This document shows, in pieces, positions 24,967 through 39,385 of a stretch of 64,000 bases of DNA. Origin of the DNA: the human T2T-CHM13v2.0 reference genome, Homo sapiens; the NCBI RefSeq assembly GCF_009914755.1, contig NC_060940.1; one strand, given 5' to 3'. Every line of letters starts with the position of its first letter. Position 1 is the first letter of the stretch. Below the pieces are notes generated by a model. It saw only the letters and a program-made list of their open reading frames with translations, ran no database searches and was not told the DNA's origin. Both the position numbers and the translations under genes were made by a program.

Positions 24967-25514
24967 TGTCAGAGGCATTGCAACCAGAGCAACTTCATCT
25001 TGAATAGGGGCTGGATAAAATAAGGCCGAGATCTACTGGCCTACATTCCCAGACGGCTAGACATTCTAAGTCATAGGATGAGATAGGAGGTCAGCCCAAG
25101 ATACAGGTCATAAAGACCTTGCTGATAAAACAGGTTGCAGTAAAGAACCCAGCTAAAACCCACCAAAACCAAGATGGTGACGAGAGTGACATCTGGTCGT
25201 TCTCACTGCTACACAACTACCAGCACCATGACAGTTTACAAATGCCATGGCAATGTCAGTAAGTTACCCTACATGATCTAAAAAGGGGAGGCATGAATAA
25301 TCCACCCCTTGTTTAGCATATCATCAAGAATTAACCATAAAAATGGGCAACCAGCAGCCCATGGGGCTGCTCTGTCCATAGAGTAGCCATTCTTTTATTC
25401 CTTTTCTTTCTTAATAAACTTGCTTTCACTCTATGGACCCACCCTGAATTCTTTCTTGCACGAGATCCAAGAACTCTCTCTTGAGGTCTGGATCGGGACC
25501 CCTTTTTGGTAACA
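24967..25514 (+). mobile_element. MER41A solo LTR
   Basis: 'tgtcagaggc...ccagagcaac..catcttgaataggggctgg' to 'ggtaaca'; TSD ATGT; lacks the MER41B GAS-containing segment. Confidence 0.9.
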
Positions 25515-25639
25515 ATGTGATATAAGATGCAGTTTACCTTAGAAATAATAGAGTTGAATTTGGTTTAAGATGATATATTAATAGTAAAACACAAGTTAAC
25601 ATGTAGCAGAAACGAGATGTATAGAGCCTATTGCTTCTT

Positions 25640-27260
25640 TGACATCTCCAATTAGATGTCCATCCAAAAAGCAGGACTAAAATCATACTAAACTCACCCT
25701 TTCTCTCCAAATCCTGACATTCATTTCAGTTCTCTCCTCCAGGCAATACTGCTCCTACCCACTCATGTACTGGAGGCCAAAGCTTGGCAGGCCCCATCTC
25801 ATACTCCTCTGCACGCTCTCTCATCCCTCCCCATTCAATCCAGGTATAAATTCTACCCCATAAATAGCTCACAAATGTATCGATTTCTTTCCATTCCTTT
25901 TGATATTTCCATGTCCCAGGCCATCTTGACTGGAATACTGGGACAACTTCACAACTGGAGATTCTGATTTCATCTTTATCTCTTTCCAACCCATTTTCTG
26001 TATCATAAATCCTTCCTGAAACACAAACTTGCTAATGTCTTTCTCTTACCTCATACGTATTTATAAGGTTCTTGTTACCCTCAGGATAAAGTCAAAAGCT
26101 CTGATTTAGCTTGAAAGGCCCGTTAGGACTGTGACATGCACATTTATCTCTGTATACTCTTTCTCTCTTCCTTCTTCTCTTTGCCCCACCCCGGAGCCTT
26201 AAGTAAATCCCCCAAATGCATATTCTCAACTTTAGAGCTTTGCTTATTTCATCATTTGTTTCTGGAACACACTTGACCTCTTCAAGCTTTGTAAGACTGA
26301 CTTCTACTTCCGTTAGAGTAGGCAGATAGCTGGAAGCCCCCAAGAAAAGGGAAAAGTCTGAAAAGTCTCACACCCCTGGGACCACTGAAAACCTGCATGC
26401 TAGTTATAAACAGAGAGGAGGGGAAATACCCGAGCAGAAAGGAATGCCCCTTAAGATGCTCAGTAATTGCTCCCTCTGTAGTTACCCTACCTGAATGTAG
26501 GTTATATGCTCCTAAGGAGGGCAAAGGAGAAATCCCTAAGATACACTCCGGGGTAAAAAGTGCAGATTTAACCACTATGTGACCTTTCTGGGGTGGCAGT
26601 AATGAGCAACGCAGCCAATATGTAGGATTGCTAGCTAGCAACAGCCTGTACATGCGCACCAACTAAGAGTAAGGGTGGGGTACCACAGACCTGGGGCAGG
26701 AACTAGGAGGGGACAGGGCAGAGACCTAAAGCAGGAGCAGAAAACCTAGACAAAGAAAAAGGCAGAAACTTAAGACAGAGGTGGGAACTTCAAGAAAGGG
26801 TCTGAAATAATAAAAAGCCGGTGCGGAACTCTCAAGCTGCTGCTGGCTCAATCCCTTCGGCAGGCGCTCTGCTTCAGTTTTGCAGAGTGTACTGTCCCCT
26901 CAAATAAACTCTCTGCTATTTTCCATCAGTAAATTATCTTTTTGGCAAAATCAGTCATTTGGCAGAATGCTTTCTCCAAGAGGACAAAGAACTGAGGATT
27001 CCTGCACTTCCCGGTCACGCTTCTATACCAATTGTAAATTTAGAAGAAATTCTTTGGTTATCTTTTCTTGACTCTTAAATCTGGATAAAATGCCCCAATG
27101 CTCTGCTTTTGCTCCCCCAGTAATTTCCCTAAAGTAACTCATCACATTGTATTCTTTTATCCTTTTAATTCATATGACCCTCCACCAGATTGAAATTCCA
27201 TGAGGGCAAGCAACTTATCTGTTTTGCACATAGTTTGATTCAATTCCCCAACGCGATTCC
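25640..27260. mobile_element. L2 relic split by the MER50-like LTR
   Basis: 'tagatgtccatc', 'ctcaggataaagtcaaaa', 'ttccatgagggcaag'. Confidence 0.6.
26311..27019 (+). mobile_element. MER50-like solo LTR (ERV1)
   Basis: Starts 'cgttagagtaggcagatagc', AATAAA near 26904, ends 'ccggtcacg'; 4-bp TSD CTTC on both sides. Confidence 0.72.
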
Positions 27261-27299
27261 CAAGTATTAGGTCAGGGAACGCTAATTCCTTATTTCCCC

Positions 27300-27670
27300 G
27301 CCTCATCCCCCACAAAGTTAATATGTTGAGGTCCTAACTCCTCGTAACTCAGAATATAACTGTATTTTCAGATAGGACTTTTACAGAGGTAGTCAGGTTA
27401 AATGAGGTCATATGAATGGGCTCTAATTTAATATGACTGGTGTCCTTATAAGAAGAAAAGAAATCAGGGATGCAAGGGCACAGAGAAAAGATCATGTGAG
27501 AAAACAGCTAGAAACAGCTGTCTGCAAGCCAAGGAGAGAGGTCTCAGTAAACCAAACCTGCTAACACATTAATCTTAGACTTTCAGCCTCCAGGGCTGTG
27601 AGAAATAAATTTGTTGTTGAAGGCACGTGATCTGTGGTATTTTGCTATGGCAGCCCTAGTCGAATAATAT
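27300..27670 (+). mobile_element. MLT1 (MaLR) LTR
   Basis: 'atgactggtgtccttataagaag', 'tctgcaagccaaggagagagg', 'gtgagaaataaattt'. Confidence 0.85.
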
Positions 27671-27829
27671 TCTGGTAAATGTAGACAGTTAACAAAAATG
27701 TGTTGAATAAATGAAACTTGGCCATAATCAAGAAAGATTTTCATCAATTTTTAATTAAACTTTGCAGTGATTATTTTAATAACACAAGTTTTACACATAC
27801 TTTGAGTAATTTACTCTGCTATATATTTT

Positions 27830-27985
27830 TCTCTGCTGTAACAATCTTGTAAGTTGGCCATAATTACCTCCAATTCTCAGATGAGGAAACTGAAGTTCAA
27901 GAAGTTTAACTGAATTATCTGAGGATATTCAATTAGTAGCAAAGTGAAATTTCAAAGTTCTGGTTTTGAATTACTGATTCTGTGT
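27830..27985. mobile_element. MIR fragment
   Basis: MIR core 'cagatgaggaaactgaag'. Confidence 0.6.
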
Positions 27986-29292
27986 TCAGCATATTGTTAT
28001 AACATAATATTAATACCTCCTGAATCATCTCTTCTAATCATGTTTACTTTACTTTGGTTTCCTTATAAACAATGCAATAGCATTATTTCTTATATGAACC
28101 TATTTATGTTATCATGAACATTTGAATTTAAATATGATTTCGTGGTATATCGTACTTTAGGAAACCAATAAATTATCCTTGAGAAATAGGATTTCCTCAA
28201 TGTTTGGTCTAAAATTGGCTTGAGTCTACAAAGCACTAATTATTTGATGAATTTAGAGAATTCACATTAAAATGACAGTTTAAACAGTATATTTTGATGT
28301 GTTAAATGTCATATAATTAATACATGAGTGTTCATTTTAAAATAAATTAACTATTCTTACAGAACACATTTAAACCCATCTCTTGGCATTATGATACCAC
28401 TGAAAGCCTATTAAACTCAGAGTTAAAGGCAACTGGCTTCACATCTTAGGTGGAAGACCTTCAAGTGACATGTTCTTGATATTTAGGTAATCTCTCTGGA
28501 TGCCACTTTTATTTAAAATATAACGTGCACCTGAAAGAATGATTGTGAGAATGAAAAGAATGAACACATATAAAACCTCAACACAATGTTATTACTGTTA
28601 ACTTTGTCATGAAGGAAGAAAGATTTCCTTCAAGATTTTTATAGCCAAATATCTCTTCAAAACCTAGAATAATGAAACCATATTTGAAAGCTATTAAAAA
28701 AAGAATTAAAAATAACAAGTTTGCATGCTTTATCTAGAGCAGTGTCCTACAAGTATAAAAGTCTGAAGCCATCTGAGGCTCTTCACCTAGACTGACACAC
28801 TCTTCTCTTTTTTCTTGCAGTACTGACAAATATATCTATGTATTTGTAATCTTTGGAAAGCTGTTGGTTCCATCTTTGAGCTTTACAGTGACAACAGAGC
28901 TTGAAGAAAAAAAAAAAAGGCTGGTTCTTGGGTTGAACCTCGGGAATTTTGTTTCCAATTATAAAGGAGTGGAACTTTAAGCAGCCCGTAAGTTATCCTT
29001 AAGCCTGTTTCAGCACAGTTTTCTTATTATGTCTATAATTATTTCCTTTATTACTTAACAGAAGTTTGATTCTTTTCTCATCTTAAGGAAATTTTGAAAT
29101 CATTAAACTACACAGATAACCAGAGGAAGGAAATGTTCTACTGATTCCAAAAACTTACTCCTGGTCTCTGCTATAGAGTGTGTGAAAAACAGCCTTCTGC
29201 AAATCTGGCATGCTCTAGCTGTATTCAGTTTGTTGTCAACTATGTCATGAGTTGATAAGCTTTGCCAAATTCACAGTGGAAGAAAGTGTTTT

Positions 29293-29311
29293 CTTCTTTC
29301 TTTCTTTCTTT

Positions 29312-29371
<60 letters not shown>

Positions 29372-29712
29372 TTCTTTCTTTCTTTCTTTCTTTCTTTCTC
29401 TCTTTTCTTCTACTTCTTTTTTCTTTTTTTTTTTGACAGAGTTTCAGTCTTTGTTGCCCAGGCTGGAGTGCAATGGCACAATCTTGAATTAGTGCAACCT
29501 CCACCTCCTGGGTTCAAGTGATTTTCCTGCCTCAGCCTTCCAAGTAGCTGGGATTACAGGCATGCACCAGCACACCTGGCTAATTTTATATTTTCAGTAG
29601 AGATAGGGTTTTGCATGTTGGTCAGGCTGGTCTTGAACTCCTGACCTCAGGTGATCTGCCTGCCTCGGCTTCCCAAAGTGCTTGGATTACAGGCGTGAGC
29701 CACCACACCGGG
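29293..29712 (-). mobile_element. AluS with an expanded (TTTC)n tail
   Basis: Antisense Alu body 29435-29712; about 140 bp of T/C tail. Confidence 0.92.
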
Positions 29713-31112
29713 TGCTCTCCTTCTTTCTTAATAGGTGGAGAAGCTTCAGTTGTTTCTTCACTGTTTCTGACATATATATATATATGTATGTATTTTAAAC
29801 TGGTCTAAATGGTGCTTGCATCTGATTTGAAGAGTGCTGGAAAATAATAAAATTTGCACATTTCCAAAATAACCCCACATTTATCTAACCACTACTGTGA
29901 ATGCTGCCTTCTCTGTGTTTTGGTCACAGATATTTTTCTATGTTTGTATAATAATGACAACGTCTCCCTAGCTGTGTGTTCAACTAAGACACACTTGGTG
30001 ATATGGGTGGGTATTGTTAAGAATAGTGAGAGGTGATTTATATCACCGAGAAGGCAGAATAGTTTATTTGTAGAATAGGTGTTTATTTTTTCAGAAAATA
30101 AATACATAATTATTTTAGGAGTTTCAGAAAATTTAGAAAAGTCACAAAAAATTATTTATTTACCCATGACAGAAAAAAACATTGTTAATAATTTTATATA
30201 ATTTATCTCAGGCATAATTTTTGTACATAGGCTTTATGTATAATAACCTACCATATATGTGTGTATATATGTATATATATATAATTCCATGTTTATAACT
30301 TTCACCTAATTCATAAAAATTCATATTATAAAAAGTGCATAAATATTAATTACTACACACTTTTCCATCCTATAGACGTAGCTCCATTTATTTTTTTATA
30401 TATTTAAGTTGATTAATATTTGTAAGTAAAAAAGCAATGGATAAATGGAGAGATTTTGGTCAACCTCTAATACTACAAAGAAAATAGTTTCAAAAATTAC
30501 TAGATTATAGATTATTGGGATGCAGGGAGTTTGTCTTGCCACTATATCGCCAAGCTATAGAAAAATACCTGCCACATGGTACATCAGCTCCAATATTTGT
30601 AAGTGAATGCAAGAATAACTGAATGATATCTATAAATACATATTATGACATTGCTTTCTTTCTTGTACCATGTCTAGACAAGGACCCGACTAGACATAAT
30701 AAGCTATACAAAGTAAGTAGGAAATATTTATTTAGAATACTACTACACAATGAACTCCCTGAAACAGCCTTTGTTGCTTTCAATAGCATATACTTATTGG
30801 TTGGAGGCCAAGCCTTTGGGAACAGAGCTTCTAGATATTGACAACTGAGAGGTGGCCAAAAATCTGAGCCTATGCTCTAGAGTTGGTTTGATTTAGGCTG
30901 AAAATGGTATTCAAAGTAACTTGCATGTGTAGGCATGGGCTGGCATCGGTTGTCTTCAAACAGTAGCAATCTACAAGGCCTCCAGCATAAAGAATGGAGG
31001 AATAAAACATTTGAGTCTCAGACTCTCAAAAATCACTCACCTTCTTGATGAATTCTTATATCAGGTTTTCTTTTTCTTTGCTCTCATATACATTCACTCT
31101 TTTCAATTTTAG

Positions 31113-31438
<326 letters not shown>

Positions 31439-34400
31439 ACAGGATTCCTTCTTACAACTCAGTTTACTTCTCCATATCTCAGGGTTACTGGGAAGATTAC
31501 GTGAGATAATCTTGTGATACGTGTGGCACAGTTTCAAAGAGTAACCAGGTACATAATAGTTTCCTAACTCCCCTTATTTTAGAGTTGATGACATTTGTGC
31601 TTCAATAATTTAAAGAGATTGACTTTCATTTAAAACAAGGCAAATCAACAACAACAAACTGAATCCCTGACAGTTGACATTAGGGAGGCACCAAAATTTG
31701 AGGACTGGGAAATTTCATGTTAAAAATAATACTCTAGGAGATATATTTTGTCAGCATTATAAAAAGGTAGATTAGGAATTGAACATGAAGATACAGCAGT
31801 TGTAGGAATATTTATAAGATTACTTTATCAAAATAATACAAGGCCATGAAGATAAAAACCTCAGTATCGGGGTAGCTTTGGAATTTCTTACTTTCCAAAA
31901 TGAGAAGAAAAACATCATAAAGTTGTATATATTTATTACTAAAAATAACTATTTTTATTAGTGTCTATTCTAAGAAAGTACTTTGTTCTTAAATGAAAAA
32001 CAAAAGGATAAAATAACAAATTGGTTTTGGCTGAAAAAAATAAATATAGCATGGCCTGCATTAAGAATAAGAAGGGATGTAAGTGAAGCCCAAGTGAATA
32101 AGTGGCTTCTAACAGATTAAGTCTTACTACTTAAAAGACACTCAGAGGACCCGAAAGAGTTAATGCATTCCACCTTTTACAACAGTCTACTTAAACTCCT
32201 CTTTTGACTAAGCCATGAAAATAGCCAAATCCAAAATTCATCCCCAAAGGAAATGTTATACACGAATCTAAATAATTATACCTTCATTTAATCACACTTA
32301 TTACAGCTTTGTTGTTTATGAGGCACGCACCCTAAGACCTTTAGGAATAAGTAACTTAATATGACAATAAGATTCGCCCTCTTATGGGGGGGATGTTGTG
32401 GAGGGATTGTTTTTGTTTATGCTTTATTGCTTTTGTTATGAAGATGTCATTATTTTCTCCTGACTTATGTGACTGGCATTAACAGTGGACACTCATTTTC
32501 TACAAAAAAACCTCAATTTCCATTGCTTTCCAAAAGTTATTTTGTCCACAGTGAATAATCAACTATTATATAGGTAAATTGGGAGACATATGCTATCTAT
32601 ATCTGTACTAAGTAATTGACTCTCACATGCCAGCATCTTCAACTAACATTCAAATTCCTACAATGTCATAAATCAATTTAGGTCATGCAGTTCTTCATTT
32701 CTCACAAAGGGAGATGTTCAATCTATAATCCCCAGGGTTTGTAGGTGTCCTTAAATGAAATACTTGAATTATACATAGGACAGGATTAGAGAGTTCAAAT
32801 GCAATTGAAATGTCTTTGTAAATGTTTGAGATGGGCATGCATACCACAATGGCAATATGATAGCAAAGCATTATTACATATCAATAGCACTAACTGGATT
32901 TTGTTTGGGAAATAAAATTAATTGCCCTGCACTCATTTGGTCTGGAAACACCGACTAAGTAACTTTGTTTTGATTGCTTCTTAGGAGGTGATTAAAAGTA
33001 GATAATCATTTTGTCACAAAGGCCAGTACACAAGCACAATTGAATAAGCTATGAGTGGTGAATGTGAACTCCATTCTGATTGGGGGCTTCAACTATGAAA
33101 TCCATTAGATTCACTGCTTTTGTTTGAGCAGCTGTTGATCTGCAAATATATTCAGTGTCAATGTTTATATTAAACATTTAGACACAGTATGCAGTTTGCA
33201 TTGTTTTAATCCAATAAAGTATCCACAGCCACTCAGTTTTGCATCTATTTATTTTATAATGCATCCAAAAAGTTGTAATGAGGTTTATTTTCTATTTTCT
33301 TTTTGTTTATTTTTCTTTTCCCAAATGAGCGTTGCATACCACATAAAAGAGAAACTGACTGAAGTATTTTGGTGAACTTTTGTCAACTTATCTTTCTGAA
33401 ATAAAATTTAACCTTATAAATCTTTTCTTAGACATAAATTCCAAGACCCAGTCACTCTTTCCAAAGGTGCCTCCAAAGATATTGAGAAAGGTAGTGTCTG
33501 GAATTTTCTCTGAGGAGAAATGCTATGAATGGTATCTCCCCAAACAATATGCTTTTTGATAGTAAAATGATTTTCATAGTTTAAGTGTATTTTTGGCTGT
33601 TTTTTTTTGTCAGCAGAATATGATATGTTTGCTCTATCTTGGGAACTTCCTTAAACTATGACATATATATGGTCGTTGGCCAGAAAAGAAATACATTACC
33701 AAAAATCACATCAATCACTTGTTTGTTTTGAAAGTCCTGTTATCACCTTAAATATTTATAATCGTTTTCAGAATTTGTTCAACCAGTGAAATTCATCAAA
33801 ACTTCATTTGGACTCTCCACTATGCCCCACTTGGACTTGGGAATTAGACAGAAGCTGTGTAAACCTTGGGCTATTGTATAACCTCTCTGAAGCTCACTTT
33901 AATCACTCATAAAATTAGAGGACTTCTTGCCATACAGGCTTATTACTGTGAGGTTTGAATGAAATGTAATTGGCATCAACAACAGTAATGTCTGCATGCA
34001 GCTAATGCATGAGACATGCCAGTCTCCTTCTTTAGGTGGTCTGAGCATAATCTGGGAGCCTCTCTGAGGTCCTGTAATTTTCTATAGCCACTGTACGGAG
34101 AGCAGATTGGAAGGTTAGGCAGAACCAATAGACCGAAAATAAACTATTATTAAAACATAAGTCTGAAGTTACTTGGTTAAGGGACAAAAATACCTAATGC
34201 TTCATTTTGCTTTTTGCAGTCTTTTAATGCACTTTCTGACTGGTGGGACAAGAATAGCCAGGACAGGGACCAAAGGAATTTTTGGAAGGCCAGCATGAAC
34301 AGGTCTTTTGTGTTTTTGAAAGAACGTGATATGGTAGACTGTTTAAGAATAACCCTGACCTCATTGGTTGCTGCTGGTGTGGGGAAGTGGACAGCATGCA

Positions 34401-35279
34401 GTGAGGGAGGGCTGATAGAGGAAGAGGGAAAGAGATACAGAATCTACCCCTTTAGTCTTATTCCTCTGTTTTCAAGTTATTGTTTTCCAGACCATTCCTA
34501 TAAGACTCTCTTTATTGTTTGCTTTAGAGTTTCTATAAGTGCTTCTTATTGTGTGTATCATAAGCTAAATGAATGACTTTTTAGACAAAACTAAGTGTTT
34601 TTGTAAAGCTATTTGAATGGTATCACTGGTATAATAAACCTTTGTCTTCGATAACCACATGCTTCTTTTCATTTCCCTTTAGAAGCTGGTGATAGGTTTA
34701 GTTGAAGTCAAATGAATAAAAATTATAATTTTTAACCTTATTATTGAGTTAATGGTGTATCCCCAATACTACCATTGGGGAACACTGTTCATTCTGTACT
34801 TGCCAGGAGTAATCTAATGAGTGGGATCAGGAGATGACAATAGCAATGCCTGGCATTTGTATTCTACCTTATACTTTGGCAGAGCATGTTTGAGGCACAT
34901 TATATCATTTGATTATCGTTTTATTTCAGTGTGTCAAGCACTGTGCCCTGGATCCCAGGATTCATTTGCCTGGTACGGGAGAAATCTGCACAGCTCTTTG
35001 CAATTTGGCTGCAGCCTACCTTTCAGCTTTTTCCCAAGAGAAGATCTTAAAAAGAAATTGAATCATTGCAGGACTATGAGACAGAATATTAAAATTGAAT
35101 TAATTTAGTGTAGGATATCAGGAGAGGCATCCCTGAGGTAGCACACTTTGAGATGTGCAGGATAATAGTTAACTGTGCAGGAGGCATATGTGAAGGGCTC
35201 TGGTTTAGGAGACAACAGGGGAGGGAACAACAGAAAGAAGCAAGGGGCCTTGCAGGACTCCAAGAAATGGAGCATATGC

Positions 35280-36550
35280 TGAGGAGAGCAAGCTGGAGAG
35301 TGAGGGAGAGTGACTGGGGGAGAGAGAGAGGGAAAAGTGGAGAGAGAAAGGGGCAGAGAGAGAAGACAAGTGGGAGAGGGAGGGAGAGTGGGGAGAAGGA
35401 AGGACAGAAGGAGAGGAAGAGAGAAGGAGAGTGGAGGGAGGGAGAGAGAGGGAGAAAGAGAGGAAAAAGACAGGCTGCTATGGTTAGGATGTTCCCCCCT
35501 ACCTCGCACTCCAAACCTGATGTTGAAATTTGATCTTCAATGTTGGAAGTGGGGCCTATTAGAATGTGTTTGGATCATGGGGGTGGATCCCTCAAGAATG
35601 GCTTGGTGCTATGGTGGTAATGATAGAGAGACTTCCCATTATTGGTTCCTGGAGAGCTGATGGTTAAATATAGCCTTGTGCCTCCCCCTGCTCTCCACCT
35701 TCCTCTCTCGCCACGTGATCTCTGCACAGGCTGGCTTCCCTTCACCTTCTGCCATGAGTGGAAGCAGCCTGTGGTCCTTACCACATGCAGATCCCCAATT
35801 CAGAACTTTTCCAAACATCAGAATTGTAAGCCAAATAAGCTTTTTTTTCTTTATAAATTACCCAGCCTCAGGTGTTGCTTTGTAGCAACACAAAATGAAG
35901 TGAGATGGAGCGATAGAGGGTGGGTGGGAGATACACAGGATGAGGGGAGAGAGACGGAAGAGAGGGAAAGAGAGAGGGAGAAAGAAGCAGCGAGAAAAAG
36001 AGAGGAAAGCAGGGAGGGAGGGAAGGGAAGGGAAGGAAGGAGATGGAGGCAGAGGGGAAAAGGAGAGAGGGAGATAAGAGAGGAGGGAGAGAACAGGAGA
36101 GGGGGAAAGAAAAGGGTGGGAGAAAGAGAGGGAGAGAGAAGGAAAAGGAGGAAGGGGAAAAGAGGGAAAAGTAGAGACAGAAAGGAAGAGAGGGAGGGAA
36201 GAGAAAGGAAAGGGAGATGGAGGAGAGAGAGGGGGATGAGGGAGAAAAAGACAGAAAAAGAGAGAGACTGAGAGAAGAAGGAACAGGGAAAGAAAGGAAG
36301 CTGGGAAAGGGAGAGGACTGGGAAAGAAAGAGCAACAGAGAGAGGGGAGAAAAAGAGACCGAGGGAAAGAGATAGAGAAATATTAAGTGAGATAACGGTG
36401 AGAGATGAGATGAAAGAAAAGAAAGGATAAGGTATGAAAAGTAATAGAAGAGAGGAGACAAGAGGAAAGGAGGCTAGAGAAACAGGAAGAGGAGAAGAGA
36501 AGAAGACAGAGAAAGAAAATTGAAATCGGGGGTAGGTGGGAAAGGGTAAG
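35280..36550 (+). repeat. GA-rich polypurine low-complexity tract interrupted by an MST LTR
   Basis: Almost exclusively G/A at 35300-35470 and 35910-36550. Confidence 0.9.
35476..35906 (+). mobile_element. MST (MSTB-like) MaLR LTR
   Basis: 'tgctatggtt...ggatcatgggggtggatccctca...ataaattacccagcctcagg...agcaacacaaaa'. Confidence 0.88.
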
Positions 36551-36771
36551 GGGTTTCAAGGCTGGACTATTCAGACCATTTTAAGCCATGTTCAGATGTT
36601 GCACATTCTATAAGAATTGCATAAAACACTTGGAGTGTTAAACATGACAGTGCCATGATCGGAAGTGTGGCTACATAAGACAATGACTTTTTCCTTTAAA
36701 AGTTTATAATTTAATACAGAGAGAAAGAAGTAAAGAAACATGTAACAAAAGCAAACCAAAGCAGTATAAAT

Positions 36772-37087
36772 CAAGGGGCCCTAGCCCCTGGGCCATGGGC
36801 TGGTACTGCGCTGTGTCTTGTTAGGAGCTGGGCCACACAGCAGGAGGTGAGCAGAGGGCAGCAGGCATTACCTCCTGTCAGACCAACAGCAACATTAGAT
36901 TCTTTGGGAATGCAAATACCATTGTGAACTGTGCATGTGAGGAATCTAGACTGGCACTCCTATGAGAATCTAATCAATGCCTGATCTGAGGTGGAACAGT
37001 TTCATTCCAAAATCAACTACCCCAGTCCATGGAAAAACTGTCTTCCATGAAAAGAGTCCCTGGTGCCAAAAACGTTGGGGACTTCTG
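36772..37087 (+). mobile_element. MER1B hAT-Charlie MITE
   Basis: 'ctgggccacacagcaggaggtgagc', 'tccctggtgccaaaaacgttgggga'; perfect 8-bp TSD GTATAAAT. Confidence 0.9.
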
Positions 37088-37384
37088 GTATAAATAACAT
37101 GGTATAATTAAGTAGAGTGTGATATCCTAAATTATAGAAAGAAAACAAATACAAACTTGAGGGGGACCTGTAACATAAATTGATGCCTGAGATAAGTCTT
37201 AGAGGATTCACAGCTGCCAGGAGACAAATAGGCAGGTATAATTCAGGCAGAGGAAACAATGTACAGAGGTAGGCAACTGAGAGAACCACAATTAGACAGG
37301 GATGCAAAACCCTGTGCAGAGCCTGGGGGAGGGATGAGAGATGGGCAAGGGAAGACCCTGAAGACCTTGTGATGAAAATGAGAA

Positions 37385-38490
<1,106 letters not shown>

Positions 38491-39348
38491 GAAAATAAGA
38501 AGTTTGAACTTTAAAGTTATAGGAAGCTCTGAAAGGAAGAAAGCATGAAGAAAGAGAAGAAGGAAGGAAGAGAAAGAAGAAATGAAGGAAGGGAGGGGGT
38601 GAAGAAAAGTGAGGAGGGGAAGGCAGGGAAGAAAAATGACAGATTCTCAGGTATGTTTCTGAAAGAAAACTGCCAAAAAATGGTAGATAAGGGTTTGAAG
38701 ACAAAGAGCCTATCTGGAGGACTTAGTAGAAATAAAACTAAAATAAATAAGGAACTAAACTAGAACAATATTTCAGAAGGTAAGGGAAAGCCTTGATTTT
38801 ACTAGTAGTGGAGAGGGTGTAACCAGCATTAATTGATGTGCCAGCCAGGGGTGAGGAAAAGGGAGAGGGAGAGAGAGTGGCTTAGCCTTGTGCATGACTT
38901 TGTTCAAGGTATAGAGCTTTGGAGGGAAGATGATGTCTTCTCTTCACTCAGGCTTAGAGACCCTGGAGCCAGGTATCGAAAGATGTCTGGATCTGAAATG
39001 TCTATTTGGTACTCATCTGTTTACAGTGAGCTGTTTAAATCTTGCAATCAAAAGAGCTGTTCTTTTAACATGATTTCATGGTAAGCAGTTCAAGTTCTCG
39101 TTTTCTGACTAGCTATCAGGTCTTATAATTATTTTTAGGCTGAAAACTTTTAGAGAAAATATAAGAGCAAAACTCAGAAAAATATCCTCAGGGAGGTCAA
39201 ATTGTATAAAGCGTCTCTGCTGAGAGCCTGGTTTCATGGAGTTAGGACACAGCAGAGCCAATTATCCAAAGATTTATGAACAAAGTAGTCTGACTGATAA
39301 AGGGAAGACATAACCCAATAACAAAGTTTTATTTTTTATTCTCATAGG

Positions 39349-39385
39349 GTGTGTGTGTGTGTTTGTGTGTGTGTTTGTGTGTGTG
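39349..39385. repeat. Interrupted (TG)n
   Basis: Directly visible. Confidence 0.85.

Noticed and set aside
24967-25514. MER41 as an interferon-gamma/STAT1 enhancer
   Set aside because: 'aaaaggggag' joins directly to 'gcatgaataa', so the tandem GAS segment of MER41B is absent (MER41A type).
35089-36461. Longest ORFs (116-209 aa; R/E/G/K-rich or S/L/P/F-rich)
   Set aside because: They are artefacts of the stop-poor polypurine tract plus the MST LTR, and are open on both strands.
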